This document shows, one piece after another, positions 39,668 through 40,425 of a DNA stretch of 40,425 nucleotides (position 1 is its first letter; every line of letters begins with the position of its first letter). This DNA is from Candidatus Methylomirabilota bacterium (lineage in GTDB: Bacteria > Methylomirabilota > Methylomirabilia > Rokubacteriales > CSP1-6). The translations under genes were made by a program, and so were the position numbers. Where the stretch lies: positions 1-40,425 of the forward strand of contig DATGCY010000724.1 of NCBI GenBank assembly GCA_035311385.1, written 5' to 3'. Below the pieces are notes generated by a model. It worked only from the letters and a program-made list of their open reading frames with translations. It was not told the origin of the DNA and did not search any database.

Positions 39668-40425
39668 CAGGCGGCATTCTCTCGACCGAGTAGGATGGCC
39701 TGCCGATGGCGGATCAGATCCGAGATGGTCTTCGGTTGCTGCGGCGCCGGTGCGGCGCCACCCGCGGCGCGACGCGCGGAGCGGAGCAACGCCGGCGGGG
39801 CGGTCTGTGCAGGGGCGGCCTCTGCGGGTGCGGTGGTCTGGCCCCGGATGTGCGCGATCTCCTGCTCCGCCATCTGGCCCAGCTGATCGATTGCGACCGA
39901 CAGCGGGAGGTTGACGAGGTTCTGGTACTGCTCGTTGTAGATCGTCTGCACGATCCGGCGGTTGTCGCCTAGGTTCCGGCGCTCGAGCATCTCCTCCATC
40001 ACGTCGTCATGGACGGATTGCGCCTGTTGGCGCTGATCGCGCCGACGGAGTTCCTGATCGACGGCGCCGAGTGCCCCTTGGACCAGCGCCGCGTTCTCGC
40101 CCTGCGCCGTCCGGATCCGCCGCTCGATCGAGCTATTGAGCGCGTCCTGCCAGGCCTCCTTATTCGAGAAGAGGAGATCGGAGTCGGGGATCTCGATGCC
40201 GGGCGGCGGCTCGAATTGCGGCGGGGCCGCAGGGGGCTGCCAGCCCGGCGTCCCCAGCGAGTCCAAGATCTGGCGCCGTTGCTGATCGACGGCCACGCCG
40301 TACGCATTCGCCAGATCGTTGAACGACTGGCGGACAGCACCCGCAGCCTCTGGGTCCAACTCGATCACCCGATTGCCGAGCTGCACCTGTTCCTTCGCCG
40401 GTGCCGCTGGCTGCGGTTGGATCAT
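39667..40425 (-). CDS. Scaffold-like protein (252 aa)
   Basis: Helical and Gln/Glu/Arg-rich, one gene upstream of the capsid gene. The ATG is the last three bases of the window. At the other copy, GGAGGGAG lies upstream (142-155). Confidence 0.5.
   Translation of the reverse strand: MIQPQPAAPAKEQVQLGNRVIELDPEAAGAVRQSFNDLANAYGVAVDQQRRQILDSLGTPGWQPPAAPPQFEPPPGIEIPDSDLLFSNKEAWQDALNSSIERRIRTAQGENAALVQGALGAVDQELRRRDQRQQAQSVHDDVMEEMLERRNLGDNRRIVQTIYNEQYQNLVNLPLSVAIDQLGQMAEQEIAHIRGQTTAPAEAAPAQTAPPALLRSARRAAGGAAPAPQQPKTISDLIRHRQAILLGRENAA
40285..40425. repeat. Terminal overlap copy 2 (identical to 1-141)
   Basis: Compared base by base. Confidence 0.97.

Larger units (their letters stand above)
1..40425. 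mobile_element. Complete temperate tailed-phage genome, circular assembly (unique length 40284 bp)
   Basis: Exact 141-bp end overlap. Packaging, head, fibre, ejection, lysis, recombination, replication and integrase/attP modules fill the window. No host housekeeping genes seen. Confidence 0.85.

Overview
The window is a complete, GC-rich (about two-thirds G+C by eye, not computed) temperate tailed-phage genome. Bases 1-141 are identical to 40285-40425, so it is a circular assembly with 40284 bp of unique sequence. No host housekeeping genes are visible.

Module map:
- Late block, about 26 kb on the minus strand, running 7202 -> 138, across the junction, then 40425 -> 21582. It encodes small proteins, a TerS-like protein, a 2-TM membrane protein, TerL, portal, six small or low-complexity proteins, a scaffold-like protein, HNH, major capsid, small virion proteins, two large tail proteins, a five-gene fibre locus, a second HNH, Q/G-rich ejection proteins, an SLT-domain protein, a TM protein and a putative wall hydrolase.
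- Mixed-orientation accessory island at 7203-9246.
- 600-bp non-coding, repeat-dense region at 9247-9845.
- Leftward early/replication operon, 15247 -> 9846 (DNA methyltransferase, RuvC-like resolvase, Prim-Pol/VirE primase-helicase).
- attP plus tyrosine integrase and small DNA-binding proteins, 15384-17752.
- Rightward early operon, 17983 -> 21578 (HTH protein, YqaJ-type exonuclease, RecT-like protein, small membrane and secreted proteins).

Most gene junctions are ATGA/GTGA or one-base overlaps.

Most interesting observations:
- The attP is built on the 5' half of a tRNA-Arg, flanked by phased TGCAAY repeats.
- The 600-bp non-coding region is dense in GGYRCC repeats.
- The fibre locus contains tandem mini-genes that share one motif.
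- A micro-operon carries two tandem hydrophobic micropeptides next to a palindromic operator.
- A TTGACA-N18-TACAYC-N9-ATG geometry recurs and suggests leaderless transcripts.

All family assignments are from reading the translations. No searches were run.
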